Source: Selaginella moellendorffii (lineage: Eukaryota > Plantae > Lycopodiophyta). Taken from it: a stretch of 64,000 bases of DNA. The stretch spans positions 548,218 through 612,217 of the forward strand of contig NW_003314338.1 in NCBI RefSeq assembly GCF_000143415.4, written 5' to 3'. Every line of letters starts with the position of its first letter. The first letter of the stretch is position 1. This document shows, in pieces, positions 1-14,146 of this stretch. The notes under the pieces are model-generated. The model had not been told where the DNA came from, did no database searches, and saw only the letters and a program-made list of their open reading frames with translations. The translations under genes and the position numbers were made by a program.

Positions 1-3000
1 CAAGGGTCAGCTTTCTAGAAAAGTGCAATAACCACTTTTCTACACCAACTCCAGACTTTATCCAACTCAATTGCCTTAGCCTCAAAAGTCAGCATCCCTT
101 TCGGGTTGCATTATATAAACTACCTACTAAAGTTTAAGCTAACTGATGTCAACTTCAACCCCTTCATTAGCTTGTATTGACTTAAGAAAATGAAATGGTT
201 TTCAAGCAAAGTGATTAACGAATTAGCCATCGGAAAAGCCTAATAAAATTTGTGGAAATTTTCCCATTCTAAAGAAAGAATGACTCTCAGTCTAGAAATG
301 CAAATTTTCAAGACTCAACCAACTTCTTCCCACTAACAACTTCACATAAATTCACCTCAACACAAATTTTTATAACCCATAGTATGTTTAAACTTTGAAC
401 ATCATACCCATGTTTTTGATATCCAACATCGAGATCTACAAAATGCAAAATGAACATCTAAGGCTTGATCACAAAAACCATACCTTTAGATTTCTACATT
501 GCACTAACACTTTTCTTCAATCACCTTTAAGATCCAACATGAAGCCAAAACACTAATAAGGAAATGGCATAGAAATCAAAGTCTAAGGAAAATTCCTCAT
601 CATTTGAAATACAATGCCACTTTCACTAACATAAGTGCTAGCAATGTCAATACCTCAACTATACATCTTTTCCATCTAACAATCTACTCCAAGTGGTAAT
701 AGATCAATTGACAAACCATAATAAATGAATGTTATAATTATTTTCTAACACTTTATGGGCAAACTTAAGGAAACAACATACTAACTCAAGCTTAGCATAA
801 TGGATCACCATTGAGAACTTAGTCAAAGCTACTTTAATGCTATTGCTTGCAAATAGACTAGCTTCTCCATTAACCACTTTGGGGTTGATTCATCATTTAA
901 TCAAGTAACTTTATAAACACATTGCTTATGACTACATGGATATGATATAAGGATCACAATGACTTGATCATCAATTGAGTAACACCACAAGTAGTGCCCA
1001 TATCACTACTACTAAGTTTACATAAGTATCAAATGCCAACTCAATTCGATAAAATGCAACAGAAATGCCATACCCCACTGATAGAAATTTGCAACACCTA
1101 ACACCATTAACTTTTGTTCATAATACAGACAAACTCATACCACTCTCTTTCCGACCAAACTCAAAACTAATCCAACACCAAGCTACTCAATAAACAATAG
1201 CAAAGTTCCCTAAACAGAATTGAGCATTGTAACCCAAATTTTCCAATAGCAAGCCTAGACAAAATGGTATAATGCTTCACTGCTATTTATCCCATGACTC
1301 ACCACTTGTAGACCATCATTTCCAACATGCATCAACATAAGGACTCTTTTTTGTATGACATGAGTATGAGCAATAAGTTAACACCTCGTTGCAATCATCT
1401 CTCCAAAAAGAAAAAATGATTTACATGTTTGATCCTTCGTCCTTGACAACTCTTTTTTTGGTTTCATCTTTGACTAAACCTCAAGTTTGCTTTTGTACTG
1501 CCTTCAGTTTAATCCAAGAAAATTTTATGAGAGAGCACGGCAATAATTACTTGAACCAATGGACTAATCCTTACAATTCTGATTGATCCACTTATAATCA
1601 TGCCTAGGAAAGATCCACTAGTGCCGTGCTAAACAGCTATAGACCAGTTTATTTGCCACTTATAGCAAACCCAAGGGAGGTTTACTTTCACCCATGGTAC
1701 AAGGAATAACTTATGGAACCACCGATAGGCTAACATTAATCCTGCCAATGCAAAGTGTAACCTTGAGTTGCTAATGTGCCTCACTCACGAGCCCAACTGT
1801 AAACTCGTGTTAATGTGCCTCACTCATGAGCCCTAGCACAAACTCGTGCAAACAGAATATCTCACATCCATTTTATAAGCTCAAGAGCAAGCTCATATAA
1901 TATAGTACAAAAAGTAACCAAAATCCATACCCAAGGAATGAATATAAAGCCTTTACACCTAAACGTGTACCCACTCGAATCATTATTTTCATCTCTATGT
2001 ATGCAATGAGACTGGTTGCCCAATCTCATTGGATAGTACTCGCCGAGACTCATCCTTTGATACCAAATGTAACACACATGCTTTTTACCCTTTATCCTAT
2101 GATGATTTACCATAGGTTAACCATGAAGCGGAACCTAAACTCTTTATATGCCATGTGTCATATGCCACATGTCACATGCCATGTGTCCAAAGGACAATGG
2201 TATGAAACCCGAGTTCAGGGCCTTAGGCCACTGAATGAAGGAACAGTGCCAGCATGGAGCCAAGGAATGATAGAATCGGACCACAAAGCAACTCTTGAGC
2301 ATACAGCCTAAGAAGTAAAAAGATAGGAGCATGGAGCAACTTGAAATAGTTCTAGAGCATCTAGCATCCCAATACCAAGATCAATACGCAAAACAGAGCT
2401 AAATAGAGTTTGGTGCTATTTCGGCATACCGATGGTATAACACGAGGATATGAGTACTTTACCAACTAGTATGGTGTGGAACTTGGGCTTAGACCCAAGC
2501 TGGATGCAAAACAAGGATAAGCATGCAAGCAAAAGCTAAATTATATCTCAAGTTGGTCAACCATGCCCAATTTACCACTATCCCTACCAAACATTTGCCC
2601 ACAACCCCCCCTCCCCCACCCCCTTTGAGGAACACACACTTTGGGCTTTCACCCCAAGCCTCCCTTAGTACCAAAAGTTAGTCTCTAGGATAAGCTTGAA
2701 ATTTACTAAATATAGAATGTTTTTAGATTGTAAATTTAAACATGGGATGAACACCATTGTGTTCAAGACAATCTCTACGTTCCATAAATATGCCAAATGA
2801 GAAAATCTAAACACTTTCTATAAATAACATTTGGGACCGAAATGAGACTAACACAAAAGGCATAATAGTGAGGGTGTTTAGCAGACACAGAAAGCTATCA
2901 TTCAGACTAAGTATGCTTAGCTAATAGCACATAGGGATTATATCTTTATGCTCATCTAAATCTAAGTACACTCAAAATGCCCAATTAACTCCACTAGCAC

Positions 3001-6000
3001 AAGAGGGACTGGTAAAAGGTCTAGCAATACTGATCTCCCGCCATCATGGCAATAAGGAAAGAGTGTCTGTAAGGTCCATAAAGTAACTTTCGACACTTGA
3101 AGTCACATTTGCAACACTGGAACTTAGGGGGATAAANNNNNNNNNNNNNNNNNNNNNNNNNNNNNNNNNNNNNNNNNNNNNNNNNNNNNNNNNNNNNNNN
3201 NNNNNNNNNNNNNNNNNNNNNNNNNNNNNNNNNNNNNNNNNNNNNNNNNNNNNNNNNNNNNNNNNNNNNNNNNNNNNNNNNNNNNNNNNNNNNNNNNNNN
3301 NNNNNNNNNNNNNNNNNNNNNNNNNNNNNNNNNNNNNNNNNNNNNNNNNNNNNNNNNNNNNNNNNNNNNNNNNNNNNNNNNNNNNNNNNNNNNNNNNNNN
3401 NNNNNNNNNNNNNNNNNNACTTGACCTAGTCGTCCCGCAGCGAGGAATGCTACTACAATGCTATTACAATGCCACTACATGCAAGTAGACTAACTTTACT
3501 ATCGACCAATTTAGGGTTAATCATCATTTAACCAAGCAACTTCGTAAACACCCCAAAAAAAATTAAGCATTATAACCCAAGCCTTCTAATAACAAGCCTA
3601 GACAAAATGGTTTAGTGCTTCACCACTATCCATCCCATGACTCACCATTTGTAAAACCATCATTCTCAACATGCATTAAGGGAAGGACTCTTAATTGCAT
3701 GACGTGAACATAAGCAATGAGTCACACCTTGTTGCAAATCATCTCTCCAAAAAGAGAAAATGATTTATGTGTTTGATCTTTCGTCCTTAGTGATTCTCTT
3801 TTCAATCTCAACTTGATTAAACCTTAAACTTGCATTTGTATTGCCTTCAGTCTAATCTAAGAAAAGTTTATGAGAGAGCACAACAATGACTACTTGAACC
3901 AATAAACTATTCCCTACAGTCTTGATTGACCTACTTGTAATCATGCCTAGGAAGGATTCATTAGTGCTATGCTAAATAACTACAGACTACCCTATTTGCC
4001 ACTCATAATAAACCCATGGAGGTTTATTTTTACCCACGGTATATAGAACAACTCATAGAACCACCGATAGACTAACATTAATCCTACCAACTCAAAGTCT
4101 AACCTTGAGTTGCTAATATACTTCACTCACGAGCGTAAGCGCAAAATCATGTAAATGGAACATCTCAAATCCATCCTATGAGCCTAAGAGCAAGTTCATA
4201 ATATGGTATAAAACGGTAATCAAAATCCATACCCAAGGAACAATTGCAAAGCCTTTGCGTCTAAATGTATACCCACTCAAATCATCATTTTCATTTTTGG
4301 CAACGAGACTAGTTGCCCAATCTCATTGGATAGTACTCACTGAAATGTATCCTCTAAGAAAAGCCCAAACCCTTCCAAGTAAAGAAACCAAATCTATCAG
4401 TAAGGTTTAGATAAACTATTGTAAATAAGCAGTTAAAGTTGTTTACACGGTCACGCCCTTTTATAGAATAAAGAACATTGACAAAGAGGTAGGTGATGTG
4501 ACTAGTTAACTACTCTATGACTAAAGATTTCACCATACACATGAAGTGCCGAAGTTAATCTACCTATACTGGCCCAAAGTTAAAGACCAATAGATTGACA
4601 ATATCAAAGTTAAAGACAATGGTATCTTAGAAACTTAATTATCAATGAATAAATCTTAGATTAAAACACAAAAGTATTCTAAGTAAGTATCATCCGATAA
4701 ACCAGTATTATAGTATAAAATCCACCAAAATCACTATTGTTGGAAAACATAGGATTCATCATCTAACAAAATTCAATAGTAAGTGTATTATTAATAAAAC
4801 TCAATGATAAAACTTAACTATCAAAGATTTTAGATAGCATGCTAAACAACTTATAAAAGACAATTAAAAGAACACAAAGTATCATTGATTGGCAAACACA
4901 ATGCTTGCAAATGTATCACTTAAAGAAAATAACATTCTAATTTATTAAAACTAACTCAAGCAACAATCAACAAAACATAATGAATATGGTAAGACCAATA
5001 AACACTCATTCATGCTAACTATCATACTAGCTAATTTGAATAGATCCCAGTTAACAATACCAAGGAACTAGAGTTGCTCAAACAAGAATCAACAACATCC
5101 TACTGATATTTCAAACTCAAGAGACTAATTTAAGGCAAACCACAAAAATATATGGTAATGCGAAAAGCCAAAATATTTTACTTTATGGTTTTTACCCTTT
5201 ATCCTATGGTGATTTACTTGAAGTAGAACCTAAATCCTCCATATACCACATGTCACATGCCATGTGTCCCAGAGATAAAACCCAAGCTTTAGGGCCTTGG
5301 TCCACTGAATGAAGGAATGGAGCCAACTCCTAAGCATGAAGCCAATGAGCAAAAGAACTGGAGTATGGAGTGACTTCCAACTGTTCAGCCCAAGGAGTGA
5401 AAGGACAAGAACGTAGAGCAACTTGGAATAGTCCTAGAGTATCTAGCATCCTAATGCCAAAACCAACATGCAAAACAAAGTTAAATGGAGTTTGGCACTA
5501 TTTCAGCATACTGGTGGTCTAATACGAGGATATAAGTACTCCACCAACTAACATGGTATAGAACTTGGGTTTAGACTCAAGCCGGACATTAAACAAAGAT
5601 AGGCATGCAAGTAGAAACTAAGCTATTCCTCAGGTTAGTCAGCCATGCCCATCCTTACTATACATTTGTGTTTAGTATAGTAAACACTATACTAAACTGT
5701 TTTTAGTATAGTTTAGTAAAAACTATACTATACTATACTATACTATATAGTAAAAACTATATAGGGGGGTTATAGGGGTAACCTATAACCCCCCTCCCCC
5801 TCTTGAGGAATGCATGTTTTGGACTTTCACCCTTTAGCCATCTTTAGTACTAGGAAGTCTTTGGGACTAACTCAAAATTTACTAAATATGGAATATCTCT
5901 AGATTGCGAATTTGGACACGAGATTAGCACCATTGTGTTTAGGACAATCTCTATATTCCATAGATATGCCAAATGAGAAAATCTAGACACTTTCCATAAA

Positions 6001-7960
6001 TAACAATTAGGACCAAATGGTATTATATAAGGTGCATGATAATAAAGGTGTTTGGCAGACACAGTAATCTACTATCTGGCAAATATTGAGGGACTAAATT
6101 CAATATTGTGGGGGTTCCCAACACTAGTAAATGCAAATCCAACTTCATGAATTTCTCATCACTGTGTCAAGTATGCTTGACTTAATAACAACATAGGATT
6201 TCCTTCCTTAGTGCCTTTCCAGTCTAAGTGCATATATGATAACTAGTTTCTCAAATAGCTTAGGTGGAAACTAATAAAGGATCTAGCAATACTGACATTT
6301 TACCGCCGTGGCAAAATAGTTACAGATCAGTCTATTCACCACTTTTTACAAACTTAGGGGAGGTTTACTTTTATTTACGGTAACATGGAATAACTCATGG
6401 TAACCACCAATATACCAATATTAATTCTGCCAACTTATAATGTAACCTTAAGTTGTTAATGTGCCTTATCCATGAGCCTTAGCACAAACTCGTATAAATG
6501 GAACATATTACATCCATCCTATGAGCCCAAGCGAAAGCTCATATAATATAACCAAAATCCATACCTAAAAGACACATCCGAAGCTATAACAATCAAATAT
6601 GTATCCATTTAAATCATTGTTTTCATCTATGTGTATGCAGTGAAATTAATTGCCCAATCTCATTAGATAACACTCACTGAAATATATTCTCTAATGCCAA
6701 ATGTAGCATATGTGGTTTTCACATTTTATCCTTTAGTGATTTACCATAGGATAACCATGGAATAGAATTTAAACCCTTGGATACGTGGCCAAAAGCAACA
6801 AAGTGAAACCTAAGTTTCAGGGACTTGGGCCTCTAAATAAAGGTACAAAGTCAAACTCCTAAGCAAAGTTAGTCTTTGGGACAATCACAAAAATTTATTA
6901 AATATAGAATAGTGTTAAATTGCAAATCTAGATATAAGAACAACACCATTGTGTTTAGGATAATTTCTACATTTCATAAATATGCCTCACTAGTAGATGC
7001 AACCACTTTCCATAAATAGCCAATAAAACCGTGAGATTGTTATGATAAGTTATTATCTAACGAATATTTAAGGACTAAGCTCAATATTGTGGGGTTCTTG
7101 TTAACACAATGCAAAACAAAGTAAAAGAGAACTAACAAACTAGGCCAAATATACTTTGTTAAATAGACATTTGGAAATTCCTTCCTTATGCTCGTCTGGC
7201 TAAGTATAAATGCTAAATTGAATTTACTAACACTTCAACAAAAGGGACTGATAAAGGGTCTAGCAATGCCGATTTCCTACTATTGTGGTAGTAAGGAATA
7301 AATATCTGAAAGGACTTGCTGATAGATAACTTTCCATACCCACAATCATATTTGCAACAAAGCATCATCATAATCATTAGCATGTCCAAATGCACTTTTG
7401 AAGATGTCTAGAAGAAGACTCTAATTCATATGAGTAACTACACTTAAATGATTGTACCACTGCAATATTGTCCCTTAGAGACATATAAGAAACTCATGCA
7501 AATGCCAGGCATTATCTTAAGAATGATAGGTAGCTGTCACTGTAAAGTAGTCAAATCAATAATATATTTCATCTCAAGACTCCTATAGAAGAACTTTAGT
7601 TAATCACGAGGATTTATATTGTGAATATTGCTATCAACTCAGTCTTACAACTGTATGGTATTGAGTAATTGCACCAATTATTACTCCAAAGTCAAAGGAG
7701 GAAGAGGTTACTACTTTGCCATGGAGATGAGAAAAACAAAAGAGAAGAAATAGAAAAATAATAAAAGAGATCTAAATAATGTAAAAGTTAAATTTAAACT
7801 AAAATCATAAATTTAAGCACTCTTTAAAGACAATTAAAACTACCTCTCAACTCTACTAATTTGAGTGTATGGAATACAGAAATATGTATACATAATTAGT
7901 CTAAAATCATAATTTCTATATAGGAGTGACTAGTTTGGATTGAAACCAATTTGATGGATA
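1..7960. repeat. Decayed, AT-rich transposable-element array made of shuffled diverged repeat modules
   Basis: Recurrent homologous blocks: ~1250-2050, ~3594-4340 and ~6350-6770 (e.g. aagcctagacaaaatggt at 1251 and 3594); ~2080-3130, ~5190-6310 and ~6720-7350. No credible ORF. TE class not determinable by eye. Confidence 0.75.
3137..3418. other. Assembly gap (N run)
   Basis: Run of n characters. Confidence 1.
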
Positions 7961-8262
7961 TCAAAATCCCACTTTGTTAAAATAAATATATGGCATTGTA
8001 ATTATATATTTAAGTCTCACACTTTTAATTAAATTACTATAGTTTTTAATACATTTATAACTTAAATTATTAATTTATTAATATTATTAATAATATTATA
8101 TTTAAGAAAATTTACTTTTACTCAAACAACCAAAACTTCTCCTCAATATACAAAAGAATTTATAGAAGCCGACAGCTTGAGAAATCACAAGCACCCTCCC
8201 CCAAAAAAAGGCCTTATTGTAGCTCTCTTTTTTCCTCTTCCCCTCTTCGAAGTATATGGAAT

Positions 8263-11200
8263 TTACTTCCACTCACCAACAACCTTCAAGGAGGAGTTTT
8301 GAGCCATCTCCTTCTCGATCTCTTTCCTCCGAACCTCTGCATATTGCTCCACGCCGTGAGCCATGGCCTGGTGCTGGAAGTCGAGCGATCTCGACAGCGC
8401 TTGGAACCGGGCGGGATCACAAGCCGATATAGCTGGAAAACATAGAGCAAAACATTTCTACATGAGCGCTCGAAAGCGAAAAAGCTAGCATACCTTTTAT
8501 GATGTCTGCGAAGAATATGAACGGGTCTACGTTATCAATGGCCGCTTGAAACTCTTCGTCGTCGATAAAGTCATCGTCGCTGTCGTCATCGTCGTCTCTA
8601 GGCTGGAAAGATTTTGCCTGGCGAGAAAGAAAAAATAAAAGCACTTAGATCTATCTAAACAGGTAAAAGAAAATCTATACGACCTGCGATGCTAGCTGTT
8701 GTAGCTTCTCGTTGTTCACTTCATCAGGGTCATCGTCGTCCCCGAGCTCTTTGTCCCAGTCCTCTTCGCCCGACTCCCAGCCATCCATGTCGCCGTTCTC
8801 CGTCTCTTTCGCGTTTTCTAGATCACGGGAGTTTTGTTGATAAAAATGATCAAACAAATTGAAAGCTTTCTAGTTACCTGCAACCTGGTCCTTGTATGCA
8901 ATGAGCAGTCTGAGAACAGCTCTGAAAATTTGATCTAGCCCCGATTGAAGTTCTGCTGGCAATGCTGAACCGGGCAAACTAAGTACCGATGCCAATCCCA
9001 AGACGCAGACTTTCTTGTCATGTTCCCTGTAAGCTTCCGACAATTAGTTTCAATACCCAATCGCGTAAGGAAAAGAATACCGTCTGAAATGAGCCGGTAG
9101 CCCGCTCCTCTTGACAGCATAGAGCATTTGGAACCAAGACTGGAAAACACTGGTGGTTAACCTTAACTTCTGGAGGACGTTGAGGCATAATGCTGGATTG
9201 TAATAGAGAGCATTTGCAACCTGCACAAGTGAATACGATAAGTCTGTTATCTGGAAAGAGTGCGCAAGTTACCACTTCTATAAGTAGATCTTTAAGACCG
9301 TTTTTTGTAGTCGTACCATATCTATCGAGGCTTATTTTAAGGTAAGGCTCAACCCACTCATCAACCCGACCTTTGCAATTTTGAAGAACGGATTCAATAA
9401 GTTTTGGTGCGGCTATAATGTCGGAATCATCCAGCTTCTCGTCAGACATTACCTATAAGAATGGACAAAGAAAATGAGTAAGCGGCAGTTGAGTTATGCA
9501 TACCATCGATAAGGCCTTGAACAAGCTTTGTTGATAATCAGGAGACTTGCATGTCAAAAAGTGCTCCGTGCTTCTTGATATGTAATTGTCGAGTGGGACG
9601 AGTATGTCTACAAGAAAGAATCGGAGTACAGGAGAAAAAAAAGATTAATAATGGATAAAAAAAACATAATCAAACTTACTCTCGAAGTAGTCTACTGCCC
9701 ACTCATTCAATGCCTCCATGATAAGAGGCCAGAGAGTCCACATTTCCAAGGATATTGAAGGCGAATAATACGTCATGTACGACACAATCTCCAGTACTTC
9801 CTCAAAAACATCTGGAGCATATTGCGTTAAAAACAGACATAGAGTGCCTTCAGAACTTCACCTTGTCCATCAGTAGTTAACATCTTCCGCATGATAGGAA
9901 GTAAGGTTGGTTCCATCTGCGGGAAAAGGTGTGGCAGAGCACTAACCGATTCGAGAATTGTCCCAATGGCTCTTAAACAGCCCATGGCAGCGAGTGCTCC
10001 CGAGTCATCGTCATCCTCATCGGTCTCTGAGGACTGCAAGCACTTCCAAAAGGCGGCCGCCTGTCATGGAAAAACGGAAACGATGAGAAAATCCGCTGCT
10101 AGAGTTTAGACAGTACCAGATTCTGGCATAAACCAAGAGCGTAAGGTGCCATCTCTTCGCCAAACTTGTTCACGATGGTCTCCAGAGTGAACACAAGATC
10201 CTCGTTCTCAACCTCGTTCATCAACTTAAAGAACTCTGGAAAGAAGAACTGAAGTTAGAAAGAATTTCAAGAGTGTACATGCACTTGCCATCCAAAAGTT
10301 GAGGTAAGATTGCCCGAATCTCCCCAAGATCTGCCAAGAAAAAAGATTCAAGAACAAGGATAACAACTCGTGATCTGGAGTTACCTTGAGATGCTTCGAC
10401 AAAGGACCTGAGAGCGATCACAGAATCTACGCGCACTGGAAGGTCGGGATCTTTCAGAGCACATACAACACTTCGTAAAGCTGTCGTAAAATTTGCAGGA
10501 TTAGCAAAGGTGATACGCGCATATTGTCCAGAAACCCACGCAGCCTGTAATAAATGATGAAGTTACTGACTGTCAAACAATTGAAGATGTTCCTCTACCT
10601 TGGCTCTCAAATGACCAGCGGGACTGTTAAATTCTGGGTAGACATGCTGAACGAGCATTTGCTCCAGCTGATGCTTGTAAGGAGAGATTTGCTTGAGCCG
10701 ATCGCTCAAGGATCCGACAGCCAAGAGGGCGCCATCCTTTTGTCTGTATGGCTTTTGATTTGCGGGGGCGGCATCATATCTGTCCAAAATATGCATGTCA
10801 GTACATTACATATATGAACAAATAAAGACACCTGTTAAAAACCTCTACGACAAACTGCAAAAACTTTTGTAGATGTTCTTTACGCCTTCTAAAAAGCTCC
10901 AAAATAAAGTTTTGTGCAGCAGTTCGAGGGCTGTATAAATCTTCGATTATATCTGCGAAGTGGACAAAAAAGAAGGAAAAAAAATCAAGGAACAGAAGAA
11001 ACAAGCAAAAGTAATGACGAGATGCATACCATATCCTTTTCTCACATACTCATGAGGGTCGTCTCTCCAAAGTTGCTCGTCAATCGAGTTAAAGCACATG
11101 AGAGGAAAGATAATCTCGAACAGTATTAAGTCGAGTTGAGGCTTCATCTGTTGGTATGTTTGAGGTTTGGACACGCTGTCAAACAAATAAAACGTGAGAT

Positions 11201-12803
11201 GGCATTGAAGCACAAACTCTTACCATGTGGAAAGATATTGAAGAGAAAGGTTTAAAACTCTATCCGTCAAATACTCGCCCCGCTTGTAGACGCCCAAAAG
11301 ATTCATGTAAGACTGCAGAAACTTGTCAGCAAAGTGTGTCTGGAACATTTCTGAGAAGTCCGAGCACTTGGATGATTTTGGATCACCAAAGCTGCAAAAG
11401 AAAACCCGCCTTAGAGACAAAACCACACGCTAAAAAACTTACCGATTATATAGCCGGTTCACAATGTGCAGAGTCCACTTCTTCACTTTCCACCATCCCC
11501 ACGACTTACGCATCTCTAGATCGGCTGGCTGGCCCTCCGAAGGAACAGGTCTCTCGACAAGATTAAGGAAGCAGGTCATCCATCCCGTACACGTATTTAG
11601 ATTACATAGAATGGGTGGAATATCTAGCTGCAAGATTGAAACCGTAAAGATCAGTCACGAAAAGGCGTGAAAGAAAGAAATCACATACATATGTTGACGA
11701 CCAAAAGATCTTGCAGATGAGCTTGATAAGGTCCGCAACCTCAATGGGAGGATTTGGTAACGAAATAAGATACTTCAGGATCTCTAAGAGCACTGGAAAC
11801 ATTGTGTCAAAAATCGCGTTGATAGGCATTCGATCACTATCCTCTTTAAACCTTGACAAGCAAAGAGAGGAGCGTAAGTTTCTAAAACTCTTGACATGAT
11901 ACTTTCTTACTCGTATTTCCGTGTAAGGATCCGCAATGCGTGCAATGCACCGTTGATCCGTTGTTGATCCTGAGACTTTAGATTACTATCGATCCCCGGT
12001 ACGAGGGAGGGCCAGCGGTCGGGAAAATCACAGTGCACCATTGTTTTCAAGCATTCGGCAAGCTGGACCCTGTTCATATACGCAACCATTAAACAAATCT
12101 CATTCAAGCGCACTGAAAAAGCAAAGCTTTTCCCATTAAAGAACAGAGAAATAAAAACGAAAGAAACTATTCAAGCATGGACGAAGAACTACATAGAAGA
12201 AAAAGGAAGAACTAGTACAGACCTTATACAAGCATGAACGAAGAACTAGTGAACCATTCAAGAATACATCGAGCAAAAGGAAGATCGAGCAAACCATTTT
12301 TTCGAAGAACTAGTTACAGACCTCAAGAGAGATGGAACGTGAATGAGGGCCTCGAGAATGTTGTTGCGTATGGTGTTCCTATCGGTCTCGGATAGCTTGG
12401 GAAGATGGCCTGGAAAAGCAAAAACAAAGCTTTCTATGCTTTTGATCGACTCCTCGCACATCACGTACCATCTCGAGGACTCCACTCGCGAGAGAGCACA
12501 TTCTTGAAATAAATACTCGCAATCTGGCGCACGGAGAGCTCCAAATTCGTCGAGACGATAATCTGTAGCAGTCGCACCAAATGCCCCTCGGCGAGCTCAC
12601 ACTGCGAGGAAAAAGGAATTCCATTCACATCAGCGCTTCATCCGATCGGATCTAAGACAGAGAGAAGAAGACTGACTGATCGAGCTCTCGATCAAACGAT
12701 CGATCGCCATTACCTGCTTGAGGCGCTCCTCACCAGCTTTTCTTTCATCGAGGTTCCGGCTGAGAGCTAGCTGCAAGACGGCGACGAGCGACTGGACATC
12801 CAT
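8263..12803 (-). CDS. SAD2: Importin-beta family, importin-7/8 (SAD2-like), multi-exon
   Basis: Start [30 protein letters not shown] at 12803. Exon peptides [70 protein letters not shown], plus an acidic C-terminus. Many short GT-AG introns. TAA at 8263-8265 (last-exon boundary inferred). Confidence 0.93.
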
Positions 12804-12918
12804 TCCCAGTCGTGCGTAGAGCGCCGGGCCAAAACCCTAGCGCCTCCAACGCAATTTCTGCCCCACTCTAGGGTTTAGGGCTCCTCTTCTCTCTCTCTCT
12901 CTCTCACACGGGCGAGAC
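12804..12918. promoter_or_regulatory. Bidirectional promoter/5'UTR interval with an inverted pair of telo-boxes and a (CT)n tract
   Basis: Only 115 bp between divergent ATGs. AAACCCTAG at 12832-12840, CTAGGGTTT at 12868-12876, GGGCC adjacent to the first, CT repeat ~12884-12905. Confidence 0.7.
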
Positions 12919-14128
12919 ATGGCGGCATTGGCACGGCGCTGCGGCATCTTCCAGCAGCTCGCGGCGCGATCTTCTCCTCCTATCGGTTCGTGATCCTAGT
13001 CGTGGCAGATTCACCAGGTCTTAGAATATTTTCAAGCTGAGGATCAGTGCGATGTCGCTCGCGATCGATCTTTGTGCCTTGCGCTGTATGCTTGATTGCA
13101 TTTCGGGATTTCGGGTCTTCGTGTGAGAGGAGAGTTTTTCTTGCTGAGGATCAAAGTTTTGTCTTTGTGGCATTTTTTATTCGTTCCTTGCGCTACATGC
13201 ATTTGTTTGTTCTTGTTACTTCGCTGTTTTGGTGGTCAGTGTGTGAATTTATAGTCGTGGAAAGTTTCTGTGGGAAAACTTGTCGTTCGTTCTCTTACTC
13301 GTTCTTTCAATCTCGCTGAGCGTGTTTTTCCTTCTTCCAGATTTTGATCCACAGGCTAGAGCGCTACCACTTCTCTTCAAGAGATGGGCCACGAAGAAGG
13401 CCGGTGGGTCTACGGACAATGGCAAGGATTCCAAGCCAAAGTACCTGGGTTTGAAGAAGTCTGGTGGAGAGGTATGCCGTTCTTCACGCTTCTCTAGATG
13501 AATTCTTTCAGGTTTAGCGAGCTTTCGTTGACACGGGTTTTTTTTCTTGGACGATCAGAAAGTTATTCCTGGGAACATCATCGTTCGTCAGCGAGGCACG
13601 CGATTCCATCCCGGTGACTTCGTTGGCATGGGCCGTGACAGAACCATCTACGCGCTCATCGAAGGCACAGTCAGATTCGAGATGAACAAGAAGACCCAGC
13701 GAAAGTGGATTCACGTAGACCCGGCCAATCCACCACCTCTTCATCCGCTCTTCCTCAAGCCGGAGGAGATCGTGAAGCCCAAGCCGAGGAAAGTGAGAGT
13801 CCAGTCCAAGCAGCAGAAGATGAAGTGGTGGAAGCAGGAGCACACTGGTCCCGGGCCGACCGAGAAACGAACGCTCCCAGCGCTGTGCCTGCTGGATCCA
13901 TCAGCAACACCAGCGGATCCGGGTGACGCTCCTCGGAAGCCAGCGACTAGAATGGCTCGTAGAGCGGCTCTTGCGAAGAAGAGGATCCGCTCCAGAGAAT
14001 TCAACGCCAAGAGACTGGAGAAGGGTACTCACAAGGTCTCTAAACCGGAGGAGAGGATCGTTAAGGCAGTGGAGAAAAGCACTAAGGCAGGAGGGAAGAA
14101 CACTAAGACAGAGAAACTCCCGGCTTAG
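12919..14128 (+). CDS. RPL27: Organellar (mitochondrial-type) ribosomal protein L27 (bL27) with transit peptide and long basic C-terminal extension
   Basis: ATG 12919 (MAALARRCG...). Introns 12986-13340 and 13472-13558 join in frame to [49 protein letters not shown] (L27 signature). Confidence 0.92.
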
Positions 14129-14146
14129 CAGCAGCTCCTGGCATCG

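Noticed and set aside
2147-2190. ATGCCAT/CATG-rich stretch resembling the 22-mer (also ~5248-5268)
   Set aside because: Lacks the arm-GGCC-arm structure and belongs to the unrelated decayed repeat family.
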